Origin: Podarcis tiliguerta
Taxonomy: Eukaryota
Assembly (NCBI GenBank): GCA_965153285.1
Contig: OZ229110.1
Length of the DNA stretch: 64,000 nt
Strand: one strand, 5' to 3'
Shown here: positions 63,440 through 64,000 of the stretch, one piece after another
Position numbering within the stretch: the stretch's first letter is position 1
Layout of the letters: every line of letters begins with the position of its first letter
Program-made: the position numbers and the translations under genes
The notes under the pieces: model-generated
The model's database searches: none
Told to the model about the DNA's origin: nothing
Seen by the model: only the letters and a program-made list of their open reading frames with translations

Positions 63440-63855
63440 ATGTGAGTGGCTGCCATGACCACATAATACCAGTCCTGAAAGGCCTATGTTGGCTCCCAGT
63501 ATGTTTCCGAGCACAATTCAAAGTGGCCTCAGTCTGGTATACCTGAAGGAGCATCTCCACCCCCATCGTTCAGCTTGGACACTGAGGTCCAGCACCGGGG
63601 GCCTTCTGGCGGTTCCCTCACTGCGAGAAGCAAAGCTACAGGGAACCAGGCAGAGGGCCTTCGCGGTGGTGGTGCCCGCCCTGTGGAATGCCCTCCCATC
63701 AGATGTCAAAGAGATAAACAACTTTCTGACCTTTAGAAGGCATCTGAAGGCAGCCCTGTTTAGGGAAGTTTTTAATGTTTGATGTTTTATTCTGTTTTTA
63801 ATATTCTGTTGGGAGCCGCCCAAAGTGGCTGGGGAAACCCAGCCAGATGGGCAGG

Positions 63856-63911
<56 letters not shown>
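63440..63911 (+). mobile_element. L2 LINE 3' end with (AAT)n tail
   Basis: DHIIPVLKGLCWLPVCFRAQFKV, then (after a short deletion/frameshift) YLKEHLHPHRSAWTLRS...LWNALPSDVKE...TFRRHLKAALFREVFNV*. (AAT)n at 63857-63911. Confidence 0.92.
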
Positions 63912-64000
63912 TTACTTTATTATGGTCCCTCAGTGCATATAGAAGAGTACTTACTTCTGGCCTCAAAAATATTTTCCACAGCCACTTTGCATGCAGGAAA

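Overview
Eukaryotic, repeat-rich genomic DNA from a squamate reptile. Sauria SINEs, BovB, lacertid-style L2 and Tigger/hAT MITEs point to a lacertid lizard (inference). No intact cellular protein-coding sequence is readable. Seven N-blocks (364, 220, 156, 148, 298, 148 and 250 nt) mostly sit just downstream of minus-strand 3'-splice-site-like tracts. The window therefore most likely spans the introns of a large minus-strand gene whose exons are hidden in the Ns; the gene cannot be identified. The readable sequence holds L1, L2, CR1, BovB and Penelope LINE fragments, SINEs, many TIR/TSD-defined MITEs, two related solo LTRs, microsatellites and several non-repetitive, CNE-like stretches. The strongest signal is in the two diverged solo LTRs (23258-24037 minus, 54863-55738 plus). 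Between TATA box and poly(A)-signal position both carry an ENE-like U-rich internal-loop hairpin with a covarying stem, plus a long-range helix that would bring the poly(A) site next to it. This is a candidate poly(A)-clamping triple-helix RNA-stability module in a lizard LTR retrotransposon family. Other highlights are a Penelope fragment with an intact hammerhead core and a 5'-inverted (twin-priming-like) BovB insertion.
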